A DNA stretch of 54,958 nt, from positions 1 through 54,958 of IMG/VR virus record IMGVR_UViG_3300020214_002535; one strand, 5' to 3'. Source of the DNA: a virus. Taxonomy: Duplodnaviria; Caudoviricetes. The notes under the pieces were generated by a model, which saw only the letters and a program-made list of their open reading frames with translations, ran no database searches and had not been told where the DNA came from. Shown here one piece after another: positions 8,746-19,034 of this stretch; the stretch's first letter is position 1, and each line of letters starts with the position of its first letter. A program made the position numbers and the translations under genes.

Positions 8746-10503
8746 TCAGCTTTGTAAAGTTAAATAAGAAATTTTTAGATTACTTCCCAAAGATTTATCT
8801 GTATTGATAAAGTTGAAAACATACTTGTTTGCAGCTTCCGTGTCTATAATCTTTGTTTCGTTGTTATTTCCTGATGTAACTGAGAAACAATCAGGGGTGA
8901 AATAAACGTCGAAACTTTTCTTATAAGAAGTTTTTATCGTGTCTAAAAATAAATCTTGAGCTAAATACAAATTAGGAAATTGTTTAGGCGCTCCAGCTAT
9001 AGAAACTAAAGAAGTTTCTATTTTGTTTAAAAACTGATCAAATCTAACTCTTATTTGCTCAGAGTAATTTGATGTTAATCCATGCGCATCTATAGAAGCA
9101 ACTGAATAAATATATTCTGAGTTTTTGTAAAAATCGTCATCATAATAACTTAAAACAGGAACTGCTATGACAGAACCATTTAGCGTACCGATTGTTTGGG
9201 ACTCTATTAAGTCTTGATTTATAAATTCCTCTTTATTTTGAAATTTTACAAAAGAATCATCAAAATCAAACATTTTGATAAGCTCAAAAGGTTCATCAAT
9301 AGACTTTCTTCTAAAAACTTGAAATTTCTTTATATCTCTTTGCGGATTTATTGGGAATGACCAATAAATCATTAGAGAACCTCTTTTACCAACGTTTTCC
9401 AAATGTATATTTGTATTTGGTAAAAATTCTGAAGTATTCAAGTTTATTCTATCATAATCCCAAACAAATCTAACCTCAATAGGGGCTGGCGGAGCTATAT
9501 TTTCCGTGGTTTCTACATAAGAAACGGTCGGTTTTGACGCAATCATTGACGTTATGTAATGAAATGTTAGCGTATCATTATCAACGGCAGAATATCCAAT
9601 CTTAAATAGTGCTCTAATCTTATAAACATAGATTGCGCCGTATCGAACTTTATCGTCTATGTAAGATATTATATCATGGCTTTTTAAAAAAATTTTGTCA
9701 AATTCTCTAATTGTACCGTCTGTTCTTAATTCAAATTTTTGTATTAAAAAGCCAACTAATGTTTTTGTAGACGTTGCTGGTGAACCACCTGTCTCTATAC
9801 CTTCTTGATAAGTTTGTATAGAAGGTGTGTATTGTGCGTCGGTCATGGCGAATGGATTTTGCGAAGATTTTTGTTTAGCAACGTTTATATTACTTTTATA
9901 AATTTCATTATTTGATAAGTAAGAACCAGAAGCATAAACAAAAAAATCATAAACAACTTGATTGTTTAGTTGAATATCAAATCTTAGTTTTGTAAGATTA
10001 AAAAATTTACTATTTTTTACTAAATCGTTAGTAAAAGAAATTCCATTTTCTTGTAATAGTTTTGCTGATGCATCTGAAGAATATTCTGAACTAAATTTAT
10101 AATCATCAAAATTTAGCCCGATTGTGTCGATGATATTAATAAATGAATTATTTTGATATTGATATTTAGCGTTTGAAGTAGTTTGCTGCTCGATTGACAA
10201 ATTAGTAATATTAACAGTCGTGTAATTGTCGGTTGCAAAAGTATCTTCGTATACAAGATCGTCTGCATTTATGTTCGTATCAATAGCGCCAAAGGTTACG
10301 TCTTCGTTGTAAGGAGGAGAAAATGTTAATTTAACATATCTTGGAATCTTTGTGTGTATGGAAGATTTTACTTCTTGGCCATTATCATTATTGATTTCAT
10401 CAATAACATGAAAATTATAGAAAAATTTAGATTCAAAATTTTTTACTTCAGGAACATCTATAGAATAAACTAGAGGAGATGGTAAGCTACATACTGATGA
10501 CAT
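8746..10503 (-). CDS. Putative virion protein with FN3-like domains
   Basis: FN3-like strands YIDDKVRYGAIYVYKIRA, PPAP...IYWSFP and YIYSVASIDAHGLTSNYS; structural gene context. Confidence 0.5.
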   Translation of the reverse strand: MSSVCSLPSPLVYSIDVPEVKNFESKFFYNFHVIDEINNDNGQEVKSSIHTKIPRYVKLTFSPPYNEDVTFGAIDTNINADDLVYEDTFATDNYTTVNITNLSIEQQTTSNAKYQYQNNSFINIIDTIGLNFDDYKFSSEYSSDASAKLLQENGISFTNDLVKNSKFFNLTKLRFDIQLNNQVVYDFFVYASGSYLSNNEIYKSNINVAKQKSSQNPFAMTDAQYTPSIQTYQEGIETGGSPATSTKTLVGFLIQKFELRTDGTIREFDKIFLKSHDIISYIDDKVRYGAIYVYKIRALFKIGYSAVDNDTLTFHYITSMIASKPTVSYVETTENIAPPAPIEVRFVWDYDRINLNTSEFLPNTNIHLENVGKRGSLMIYWSFPINPQRDIKKFQVFRRKSIDEPFELIKMFDFDDSFVKFQNKEEFINQDLIESQTIGTLNGSVIAVPVLSYYDDDFYKNSEYIYSVASIDAHGLTSNYSEQIRVRFDQFLNKIETSLVSIAGAPKQFPNLYLAQDLFLDTIKTSYKKSFDVYFTPDCFSVTSGNNNETKIIDTEAANKYVFNFINTDKSLGSNLKISYLTLQS

Positions 10504-10524
10504 ATTTTTTACTCTTTATTTTGC

Positions 10525-13500
10525 TCATTTTTTTATCGTCCAATTTTTAAATCCATTAATGAAACCATCAAAATCAGGAGATTTTGATCTTGAATATCCT
10601 GATTCTGCATTTTGAAAAATTTTTATGGAATCCAACAATCCTGGTATAATTGTAGGTGGACCTGGTATAATTGTAGGTGGAAGAAAATAAAAATCTGGGA
10701 GTGGTGGACCCTTAGGAGGTTTGACACCAGGATTAGAATTTGATGAACTAGCATCTTGTGGCAGAGATTCTTCTGCAGATGGAACGCCTAATCCTTTTTC
10801 GACATATGTCTCTACTGTAATAAAATAAGAATTCATAGACACATCATCAGATGTCTTATCTTTATCAACATATGTGGTATCACTAAATTTCTTAAAAAGA
10901 ACACTGTTTAATTGAGATTCTATGTCATTATTATCTTTTATATTATTCATAGTTTCTTGATAGTCAACTTCAAATTCTGGATCAAAAAGTATATTAAAAA
11001 CTCTATCAAATTTTTTAGGTTGTAAGATATGAGATATGTATTTTGACCCTTGTTTTTCGACAAAGAGCGCTTGTTGTAAGAAAGACAAAGGCAATACTTC
11101 AAAGTTTAAATTGAATGTTAATTCATTAACGTTTAAAGCTGAAATTAACTTTAAGTAATTCTCTAATAAAAAACTCACATTGTGGTTAAAAAGAATTTCT
11201 TTTTTATGCTCATTTGACCAAAATACATCAACATATTTTGAACCAAAAGCATTATCTAAATTTGTATCTATAGAAGGTTGTATGTTCCCTTTTATGGAAA
11301 AATCGCTAGAATCTACGGAATCAAAATTTCTAGTCGGTATTAAATCATACCCCTGTTCTCCAATTTTTTTGTACTCGGAGTAAATTCTTACAGGAAATCT
11401 TGAAGTTTCAAATAAAAATCTTTGTGGTTTGTAAATCAAGAATGGATTCAATAAATCCATTTTATAAATAGAAATTACAAATATGTCATACTGTTTTGAT
11501 TTTTTTGCATTTGGAGTGCCCAAGCTTTTGAGATCTTTAACTAAATTTTTAGTTAAACCAAATGGAAGTCCTATAGAAATAATTTGCTTATTATAACCTT
11601 TTGATAAAGTGTACTCTGCGTTTGAGGAAAAAAAACTCTCTAAAAGAGATACCATTTCAGAAGAATGAGGAAAATTATTTTCGCTTTTTATAAACAGCTT
11701 TTTAGTATCAACATTTTCAGTAGAAAAACCGTTATAAGACTGATATAAATCATCTACATTCGATAAAACTAAAAACAATTGCTGCTCTTCAAACAAAGAC
11801 AATAATTTCCGTTTATCTCCGCCTAAATAATTTAATAAACGATTTATATACGTCGTTTGAGATTTTAAAAGCAAATTATAGTAAACATCAACCTTGGTCT
11901 TAAAAGTTTGCAAGACATTTAATATTGAAAATGTTAAGTTGGAAATAAAAGATAAATCAGAAAAAACACGATTTTTTATAAAATTTATATGCGGATTCAA
12001 ATCTTCCTGATCTTGATTTAAATCAAATTGCGCAGCAATAGTATTGTCTACAGCAACAATTGATAATATTTCATATCCTGAAATTACTTTAATATAAGAA
12101 TGTAATCCCAAGAAAAAAAGAGGTAATAACTTTGGTAATTCGTCATTGTTTCCAAATAATGAAATATACTTTTTAAAAATATTAACTAATGAAATTATAA
12201 ATTGGCTATCAAGCAATTTACCTTTAATACAACTGTGCCAACCTGCGGAATCTCCTCTTATAAACTGAACTTTTTCACTTTTATTAACTCCATTATTGAG
12301 CGCACTTGATTCTTTTGTTATACTTCTAATTATTTCGTAAATTTCATGTACAATGGAATCTAAAAATCCATGATCAACAGCCGCATTTGTTGCTGCATGA
12401 TAAACATAACTGTAAAAATAGTTAATTAACTTAAATTTTTTTTCTTCTTGTAGATTCGTTGCAGTAAAAATTGCCAATAAAGAATTTTCATCAAATGGTA
12501 AAGCTTCTGACGTCAGTTCTCCGTTCGGACGACCCTGAACTGTTTTTTTAGTAACACTATTTTTAAAAACTCGTTTACCATCTTTAACTTTTGTAAATTG
12601 ATTATTTAAATCATCTAAAAACGTCAATGGATTTAAATCGTCAGACGGAATTGCTCCTAAATCAACAAATTGTTCATAAGATTTTGAAATAAATTTATCT
12701 AAAATATTCTTTAATCTGCCTATTTTTTCTACGTTAAATATAGGCCCATCTTTTGTGATAGTTGTTAATGAATCAATGAAATTTTTAGAGTATAAAAAGC
12801 TTTCACCTGTTATTACATTTTCTGGTAATACAAAACTTTTATTATTTTCTAAAAGCAAAACTTTTTTATTTGTTGTTGAATCTTCATAGAATGAAAAATT
12901 AGAAAGTTTATTACCAGAAGAAACAAACGTGACATCATTTGCTATGTTTAAAACAGATTCAAAGATTTTATAATCCCCAATAAAATCAAATATTTTTTTA
13001 CTTCTGTCAGAATGACTAAATACAGAATTAAACTTAGATTCATATTTTTTATTTTGATCAAGCTCTTTTAAACAAAAAACAAAAATATTTTTAGCATATT
13101 GCAATTCGTTATCTTTATTAAAAAAGCTATCTGTCGTGGTGCTTAATTTTTTAAATCTTTCATAATCTGATGGGTCTGCGCTGGGGTCGATGTGTAATGT
13201 ACCGTTATCGGTAACCTTATCATATGCTATTCTAGTATCTAAATCTTTTTTTGTGCCAGGAAGCAAATAAGATATTTGCGCCGGGGTGGGCTCGGCCTTC
13301 CAATCATCAAATTGTTCATAATTATAAAAATAAGAAATACAAGTTGCTAATTCTCTAATTGAAATTAAAAATAATTTTGTGTTTGAATATTTAAAAGCGT
13401 CATTAAATCTTGAGTTATACTCTCCTTTTAGTGCGTCTGCTAAGGATATCTTTTTGTCTCCGCCGCCGGCGCCGCTATAAATTCTTAGCAAGGAATTTTT

Positions 13501-14133
13501 CAAATCAGAATTATCATTTAGATATTTGTTAAAAAAATCTCTAGGAGAAAACTTATAAATTTCATCTGAAAAATCAGTTAAGCTTGATAAACTTTTGATA
13601 TTTTTTAAAAAATTTTGTAATTCTAATAAGTCATTTCTTAATTCAAATATTTCCTTTTTAAAATCATCATTTAACTTTTTAATTCCATCTTCACCTAATA
13701 AATTCTTTAAAACTTCATTTGATTGAGATTCTAATAATCTAAGATTATTGACGTACTGTTTGAATAATTCTCCATGAGGAGTAGGAGTAGTAATATCATT
13801 ATGCTTATCAGCGTATAATGGGTTAAACTTCGTTAATAATAAAATTTCTGGTCTTAATCCGTCGGCGGCGAGTGGCGGGGCTTCGGATGGCGGAGCGAGG
13901 ACCTGGGGCTGCGGTAATACGTCGCCGAGCTCGAGAAAGCCCTTGAGGCCAGGCTTGAGGCCGTTGTCGAGCGCGGAGGGGGCAGTCGGTAATGTGGCGA
14001 TGAGCGCTGCTGCGGCCGCATCATCCGGAACGCTCGATGCGAGCCCGACCTCTCCTGCGTCAGCGCGGAGGGCCGCGGCGAGCGTGATTGCTTGAGAATA
14101 GATGCCTCCAAAATCTTGAGTTTTTCCAGCCAT
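10525..14133 (-). CDS. Large hypothetical protein (1202 aa), probably virion-associated; Ala/Pro-rich N-terminus and Pro-rich C-terminus
   Basis: Long uninterrupted ORF in the structural block; no enzyme motif recognised. Confidence 0.5.
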   Translation of the reverse strand: MAGKTQDFGGIYSQAITLAAALRADAGEVGLASSVPDDAAAAALIATLPTAPSALDNGLKPGLKGFLELGDVLPQPQVLAPPSEAPPLAADGLRPEILLLTKFNPLYADKHNDITTPTPHGELFKQYVNNLRLLESQSNEVLKNLLGEDGIKKLNDDFKKEIFELRNDLLELQNFLKNIKSLSSLTDFSDEIYKFSPRDFFNKYLNDNSDLKNSLLRIYSGAGGGDKKISLADALKGEYNSRFNDAFKYSNTKLFLISIRELATCISYFYNYEQFDDWKAEPTPAQISYLLPGTKKDLDTRIAYDKVTDNGTLHIDPSADPSDYERFKKLSTTTDSFFNKDNELQYAKNIFVFCLKELDQNKKYESKFNSVFSHSDRSKKIFDFIGDYKIFESVLNIANDVTFVSSGNKLSNFSFYEDSTTNKKVLLLENNKSFVLPENVITGESFLYSKNFIDSLTTITKDGPIFNVEKIGRLKNILDKFISKSYEQFVDLGAIPSDDLNPLTFLDDLNNQFTKVKDGKRVFKNSVTKKTVQGRPNGELTSEALPFDENSLLAIFTATNLQEEKKFKLINYFYSYVYHAATNAAVDHGFLDSIVHEIYEIIRSITKESSALNNGVNKSEKVQFIRGDSAGWHSCIKGKLLDSQFIISLVNIFKKYISLFGNNDELPKLLPLFFLGLHSYIKVISGYEILSIVAVDNTIAAQFDLNQDQEDLNPHINFIKNRVFSDLSFISNLTFSILNVLQTFKTKVDVYYNLLLKSQTTYINRLLNYLGGDKRKLLSLFEEQQLFLVLSNVDDLYQSYNGFSTENVDTKKLFIKSENNFPHSSEMVSLLESFFSSNAEYTLSKGYNKQIISIGLPFGLTKNLVKDLKSLGTPNAKKSKQYDIFVISIYKMDLLNPFLIYKPQRFLFETSRFPVRIYSEYKKIGEQGYDLIPTRNFDSVDSSDFSIKGNIQPSIDTNLDNAFGSKYVDVFWSNEHKKEILFNHNVSFLLENYLKLISALNVNELTFNLNFEVLPLSFLQQALFVEKQGSKYISHILQPKKFDRVFNILFDPEFEVDYQETMNNIKDNNDIESQLNSVLFKKFSDTTYVDKDKTSDDVSMNSYFITVETYVEKGLGVPSAEESLPQDASSSNSNPGVKPPKGPPLPDFYFLPPTIIPGPPTIIPGLLDSIKIFQNAESGYSRSKSPDFDGFINGFKNWTIKK
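10640..10681. repeat. Perfect 21-bp tandem repeat (2 copies) encoding PPTIIPG x2
   Basis: cctggtataattgtaggtgga at 10640-10660 and 10661-10681. Confidence 0.95.
13861..14100. other. High-GC in-frame segment within the 1202-aa gene
   Basis: Hand count 163 G+C in 240 nt (68%), against 19/60 (32%) at 13741-13800. Confidence 0.92.
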
Positions 14134-14141
14134 AATTTACT

Positions 14142-16577
14142 TTATAAACTATTAATTAAAATGTAATTTGAACCTACTAAATTTTCTGAAGAAGAATAAT
14201 CGTTGTAGATTACGTCTAACAAAAATCTAACTCTGCCTAAATCATCAGAAGATATTTCGTGAATATATGACGCATTGCTTGAAAAAGCATGAGATTTTCC
14301 TATTATGCTTTTTATACCATTAATTTCTTTTATAATTAGCATATGATCGATTAAATCTGTATTACCTGAGATATTCCAATTTAAAGTTAATCTTTTTTTA
14401 TCTAATAGTCGTATTTCAAATTTTTCTATTGTTGGATTAACTGTTGGTATAGAAGCATCTATTGAAAAAGATATTCCTAGATTTCCATAAAGCATGTCTT
14501 GCTTTGAATTTTTATTGATAAATTCTTGTGAAACAGATGATCCATGTATTAACGCTAAAGGATGATGGTGTTTTCTTGGATTAATTATATATTTCAATTT
14601 AGTTGTTTCATCAACAGTTTTTTCTTTTTCATTAATGACATCATAGGGGTCTCTAATCAATGGATAAATGACGTACCTATAAAACAGTCCAGGTTCAATC
14701 GGCTTAGCTGAATATTTTAATGACATTTCTTTATCAGAAAATTTTGATAAATTAGGAGATATGCCTAAATTTTCAACTTCTCCAGAAACAAGATTATATC
14801 TTAAAATATTAAACGCAATAAATCTATCAAGTTTTGCTCTTCTATCAAGCAACATTTGTTCGTCATATTTTTCAGAAACTTGTTGTAATAGATTTTTTAA
14901 AATTCCAATTTCATCATTAGCCAACTTAACTTCTAGGCCAAATATAACATCATCATTCGTTACAGACGGTGTTGTAATATTTAATACAATATCTCCTTGA
15001 TCAACACTTGGAATAAACTCAATAAAGCAAGAATAATTTGATGATACTTCAACTCCATTTTCTAAAATTAAATTTGCTGTAATTTCATAAATGTGATAAG
15101 GAGTTAAGTTAGTTAAATCACAATTAATTACGCTGTTGGAAGGACTTTGTATAATTTGACTGATTCTAAAATTTTTTTCTTTTAAAGAAACGTCTTTGTA
15201 TAAAATCTTTAAAAATGATACATCAAATAAACAGTGATTAGCATCACTAATTGATAATGAAATTTTATTTTGAGAAATAGAAGGAACTATTACAACTTTT
15301 CTTGATGTATTGACTAGCTCGTTTCTTGTTACTATGTCTTTAAATTCTGACTGCCCGTCAACTTGAATTCTATAAATGGAATTGTCTTTTTCATTTGAAA
15401 ATGACAACGTAAAATTATCATTAAGATTTGAAACTTCCCTAGATCCTATTAAAGAAAATCTAGAATTTAAACGATTTAAATCTTTTTTATAGATGTTAAT
15501 TTTTTCTAGATTTTTTGTAAAAACAGATCGATCATCTCTTTGCTTTCTTAAAGAAATTGAAATATTAGTATTATTAGTTGAGACACCTAAATCTATATTT
15601 TTTAAGATAGAAATTTTTTGATAATAATTTAAAAGATCAACCGTTTTTTCAACTTTTTCTAAAACTTCAGTTTGAGTTGAACCTTTAGAAACAGAATTTT
15701 TTAAAAGTTCAAATGAAACAGTCACATTTGTATTTGTAATTTCAAAAAAATTTTGTATTGAAATTGGAATATCAATTGTAGCAATATCATCAAAAAAACT
15801 TTCAATAGAAGTCACATATTGTTGTTGCAATGAATCATCAACAATATTTCTTATATGAGAATCAATTAATAAATTTAATAAAGGGTTTCGTCTATTATCA
15901 TTCTTTAATTTTGAAGTTCCAGAAAAACTTTGATTAGCAGATATACTCTTACTATCAAGTTCAGATATCATTGATGGAGATATAAAATCTTTTTTTAAAA
16001 GCTTTAATCTTAAATTAGGTTGTTGTATTTCTACGTTTTCTATTTCTTTGGAACGAGCTTGAATATATTTTAATCCTTGTGAAATATCTCCTGATAATTG
16101 ACTGTTTTGTTTGCTTTTTACTACTAGCTTTGTTTTTTCTAATCCTAAATTAGAAATTGGTCGACCTGTTTTAGCTGCTCCGATGATTTGATTATTAATT
16201 TTTGAAAATATATCTCCTACCTTAGAGGCAATAATCAAATCTGCGTTTTGTTTATTGATGTTCAACACTCTTGATTTATGATTTAATATATTCTTTACAA
16301 TTTGTTGAGCATTTGAAACATCTAATTGTCCATTTCTATTATAAATTAAGATATTTGGATTAGAAACGATTGAAGGTTTCTTTACAGTGACAAGAACTGA
16401 AAATGCATTATTGTTAATCGCTTCTATTTTTGATATTTTAAAAGAAAACAAAAAATTAGCAGTCATTGTAGAATTTGAATCTTTTACTAAATCTACAAGA
16501 GTTATAAAATTTTCGTCTATATTCAATAAACTAGTTTGTTCTTTAGTTCTTTTTATATACACTTTTACCTCATTCAA
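14142..16577 (-). CDS. Hypothetical beta-rich protein (811 aa), probably virion structural with FN3/Ig-like domains
   Basis: LTNLTPYHIYEITA, PGLFYRYVIYP and LTLNWNIS FN3-like segments; gene context. Confidence 0.45.
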   Translation of the reverse strand: MNEVKVYIKRTKEQTSLLNIDENFITLVDLVKDSNSTMTANFLFSFKISKIEAINNNAFSVLVTVKKPSIVSNPNILIYNRNGQLDVSNAQQIVKNILNHKSRVLNINKQNADLIIASKVGDIFSKINNQIIGAAKTGRPISNLGLEKTKLVVKSKQNSQLSGDISQGLKYIQARSKEIENVEIQQPNLRLKLLKKDFISPSMISELDSKSISANQSFSGTSKLKNDNRRNPLLNLLIDSHIRNIVDDSLQQQYVTSIESFFDDIATIDIPISIQNFFEITNTNVTVSFELLKNSVSKGSTQTEVLEKVEKTVDLLNYYQKISILKNIDLGVSTNNTNISISLRKQRDDRSVFTKNLEKINIYKKDLNRLNSRFSLIGSREVSNLNDNFTLSFSNEKDNSIYRIQVDGQSEFKDIVTRNELVNTSRKVVIVPSISQNKISLSISDANHCLFDVSFLKILYKDVSLKEKNFRISQIIQSPSNSVINCDLTNLTPYHIYEITANLILENGVEVSSNYSCFIEFIPSVDQGDIVLNITTPSVTNDDVIFGLEVKLANDEIGILKNLLQQVSEKYDEQMLLDRRAKLDRFIAFNILRYNLVSGEVENLGISPNLSKFSDKEMSLKYSAKPIEPGLFYRYVIYPLIRDPYDVINEKEKTVDETTKLKYIINPRKHHHPLALIHGSSVSQEFINKNSKQDMLYGNLGISFSIDASIPTVNPTIEKFEIRLLDKKRLTLNWNISGNTDLIDHMLIIKEINGIKSIIGKSHAFSSNASYIHEISSDDLGRVRFLLDVIYNDYSSSENLVGSNYILINSL

Positions 16578-17553
16578 ACACTAAAGTGAATATTTTAACG
16601 AAAGTCTGACAACCATTATCATCTATTAAAACTTTTCCAACAAAGAATGCTCGTTTTTGAATATTATTATACACATACGAACCGTAATCAACAATATCAA
16701 GTTTTTGTAATTCAGAATCTTTCATTTCAAAAATTTGACAAAACATGTTATTTGCAAGTGATGTTGGATCAAAATTTATTCTCTTAGAAAATCCATAAGA
16801 TTTTAATAAAGATAAATCTTCTTCTAGCTTATCGCAAGAATATTCATCTTTAGTTGCTTCGAATCTACCTTTTCCATCATTGTACATTCCTATTCTATTT
16901 TGGTTGATAATATTGATGTCAGTCTTATCCAAAAATTTATCAAAAATTTTGTTAATAGGCGGTAAATACTTAAAATTTTTTGATTTACTAAACGATTTAT
17001 CTATGAATAAAGCAGGTAATTCGTTAATATTTCTTTGTTGTTTAAATGATGCTAAAGGAAGATCATTAGATATTTTAAAATGTATCTCTTCAGGTGATGA
17101 TTGAAAATCATCATCCTCAAAAACATAGTCTTTTGTTCCTAAAACTTGCAAACTTTGAAAATTTTGAATAGAAGAACCTAACAACTTTTCAGCCAATGAT
17201 GCAAACGAAGATCCTGTTAAAAATTCCAACTTTGGTGATGAAATAGATTGTGTAATGTAAACAATATTCCCAGCAAGAGAACCTGTAATATTGCTGGCGT
17301 TTTTAAATGGTTTTATTTTTCCAGAATCATCAGCTTCAAACGTAATACGATCCTGCATTAAGCTAGTCTGCTCAACATAAATTCTATTAGATGGATCAGC
17401 AGAACCACTCAATAAATCTAGATCATAAAATGTTGCATTATCGGTAAAACTTACATACTCAATACGAAGCTTGCCTTCGGCAATTTGCCGTCGACCTTCA
17501 AGCGTGATAATGGTATCCATCACTCTTGATTTGTTGTCCAAAAAGCCACTCAT
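16570..17553 (-). CDS. Putative virion structural protein, N-terminal paralog of 7945-8676
   Basis: MSGFLDNKSRVMDTIITLEGRRQIA...YVSFTD...Y aligns by eye with MGFLDHSTNNIILDAVLTDTGRQLLS...FALGDD..Y. Confidence 0.55.
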   Translation of the reverse strand: MSGFLDNKSRVMDTIITLEGRRQIAEGKLRIEYVSFTDNATFYDLDLLSGSADPSNRIYVEQTSLMQDRITFEADDSGKIKPFKNASNITGSLAGNIVYITQSISSPKLEFLTGSSFASLAEKLLGSSIQNFQSLQVLGTKDYVFEDDDFQSSPEEIHFKISNDLPLASFKQQRNINELPALFIDKSFSKSKNFKYLPPINKIFDKFLDKTDINIINQNRIGMYNDGKGRFEATKDEYSCDKLEEDLSLLKSYGFSKRINFDPTSLANNMFCQIFEMKDSELQKLDIVDYGSYVYNNIQKRAFFVGKVLIDDNGCQTFVKIFTLVFE

Positions 17554-17597
17554 AGCAATATCAAATATACGTTAACAACAGTATCTTGCCTTTCAGG

Positions 17598-18962
17598 TTA
17601 TAAAATCTTTGATGCTAATGTTGCCAATGGACTTCTTTCACCTTTCAACAACGTTACATGCGCCGCGATTGAGTATTCTTTAAATTTTTCAATTGCATAA
17701 GTTAATCCATTTGTATAAGCATCAACTTCAACATTGTCGATTTGTTCAATGTCACCAGTGAGAACTATCTTTGTTCCTTCTCCAACACGAGTCACGATGG
17801 TTTTTAACTCATGCATTGAAAGATTTTGCGCTTCATCGATGATGATATATGCATTAGCAATCGAACGACCTCTAATAAAAGATATTGCTTCAATCTCAAC
17901 CAATCCTCTTTGCTGCATCAAATCAAGATAAGGATTAGATGACCCTAGATTATCTTTTATTTTTCTGCCTTGTTTATTACCATTAATACCTAAAAGAAAA
18001 TCTAGATTGTCTTTAATGGGTGCGATCCATGGTTCCATCTTTTCTTCCAAAGTACCTGGAAGATATCCGATGTCTTTACCCACAGATTGAACTGGTCTAG
18101 AAACAATAAGTTTTTGATACCTTGGTTGAGAACCAATTGATACTAATTGTTCCAACCCAGAAGCAATTGCTAATAATGTTTTACCACATCCAGCTTTTCC
18201 TATCATAGATAAAAGTTTGATGTTTTCATCCATTAATAAATCTAGAGAAAATTGTTGTTCTTTATTTCTTGGGCGTAATCCAAATACACTTTCAATTTTA
18301 GCCAATGACTGTAAAGTTCCATCTTCATGTAATCTAGATATTGCAGACTTTACAGTGTTTCCTTGCGAGTTTACCGTCTTTAAAATAACGATTTGATTAG
18401 GATAAACTTTTTCCTGAGTAAAAGAATTTAATTCTACTTTTCCTTCTTTATAAAAAGAATCTACAACTTCTTCAGGAATATGAATGATTTTTACGCCTCG
18501 ATACAGTTCATCAATATCAGACGAAATTCGCATGCTAAGATAATCTTGACATTGTAATCCTAACGCATCGCATTTAACTCTGATATTAATATCCTTTGAA
18601 ACTAGTACTAGATTCTCATTCTTACGCAATAACATGAAACCAATAATCATGTTATCAAGACTAGAACTGGATGAAAGCTCTTTAGGAAGGATAGCAGTAG
18701 GATCTCCTCCTGAAGAAACTATCTTTAGAAGACCTCCTTCTCTAGTTTTTACTCCATCATGAAAACTTCCTTGACTTCTCATTGAATCAAGATTTCTGCT
18801 TACCTGTCTAGCATTTCTGCCAACATCATCATTTCTTGTTTTATGATTATCCAGTTCCTCTAATACCAAAACTGGTATTAGAAGATTGTTGTCCTTAAAA
18901 CTGTGTATGCATTCTGGATCGCTTAAAAGAACGTTTGTGTCTAGGACATATGTTTTTTTCAT
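17598..18962 (-). CDS. phoH: PIN-PhoH fusion protein (PhoH2/YlaK type)
   Basis: PIN motifs YVLDTNVLL and LVSKDINIRVK; Walker A GKAGCGKT; IGYLPG, RGRS, IIDEAQN, GDIEQID, ERS. Confidence 0.95.
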   Translation of the reverse strand: MKKTYVLDTNVLLSDPECIHSFKDNNLLIPVLVLEELDNHKTRNDDVGRNARQVSRNLDSMRSQGSFHDGVKTREGGLLKIVSSGGDPTAILPKELSSSSSLDNMIIGFMLLRKNENLVLVSKDINIRVKCDALGLQCQDYLSMRISSDIDELYRGVKIIHIPEEVVDSFYKEGKVELNSFTQEKVYPNQIVILKTVNSQGNTVKSAISRLHEDGTLQSLAKIESVFGLRPRNKEQQFSLDLLMDENIKLLSMIGKAGCGKTLLAIASGLEQLVSIGSQPRYQKLIVSRPVQSVGKDIGYLPGTLEEKMEPWIAPIKDNLDFLLGINGNKQGRKIKDNLGSSNPYLDLMQQRGLVEIEAISFIRGRSIANAYIIIDEAQNLSMHELKTIVTRVGEGTKIVLTGDIEQIDNVEVDAYTNGLTYAIEKFKEYSIAAHVTLLKGERSPLATLASKIL

Positions 18963-19034
18963 GTTTATATATGAACAATAGTAAATTTGTTACGTAAATT
19001 ATAAACCAATACTCATTCTTATGGTTTATTAAAA

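Noticed and set aside
13854-14111. 85-aa Arg/Ser-rich alternative-frame ORF
   Set aside because: A by-product of the stop-poor high-GC patch; the GC3 bias supports the 1202-aa frame
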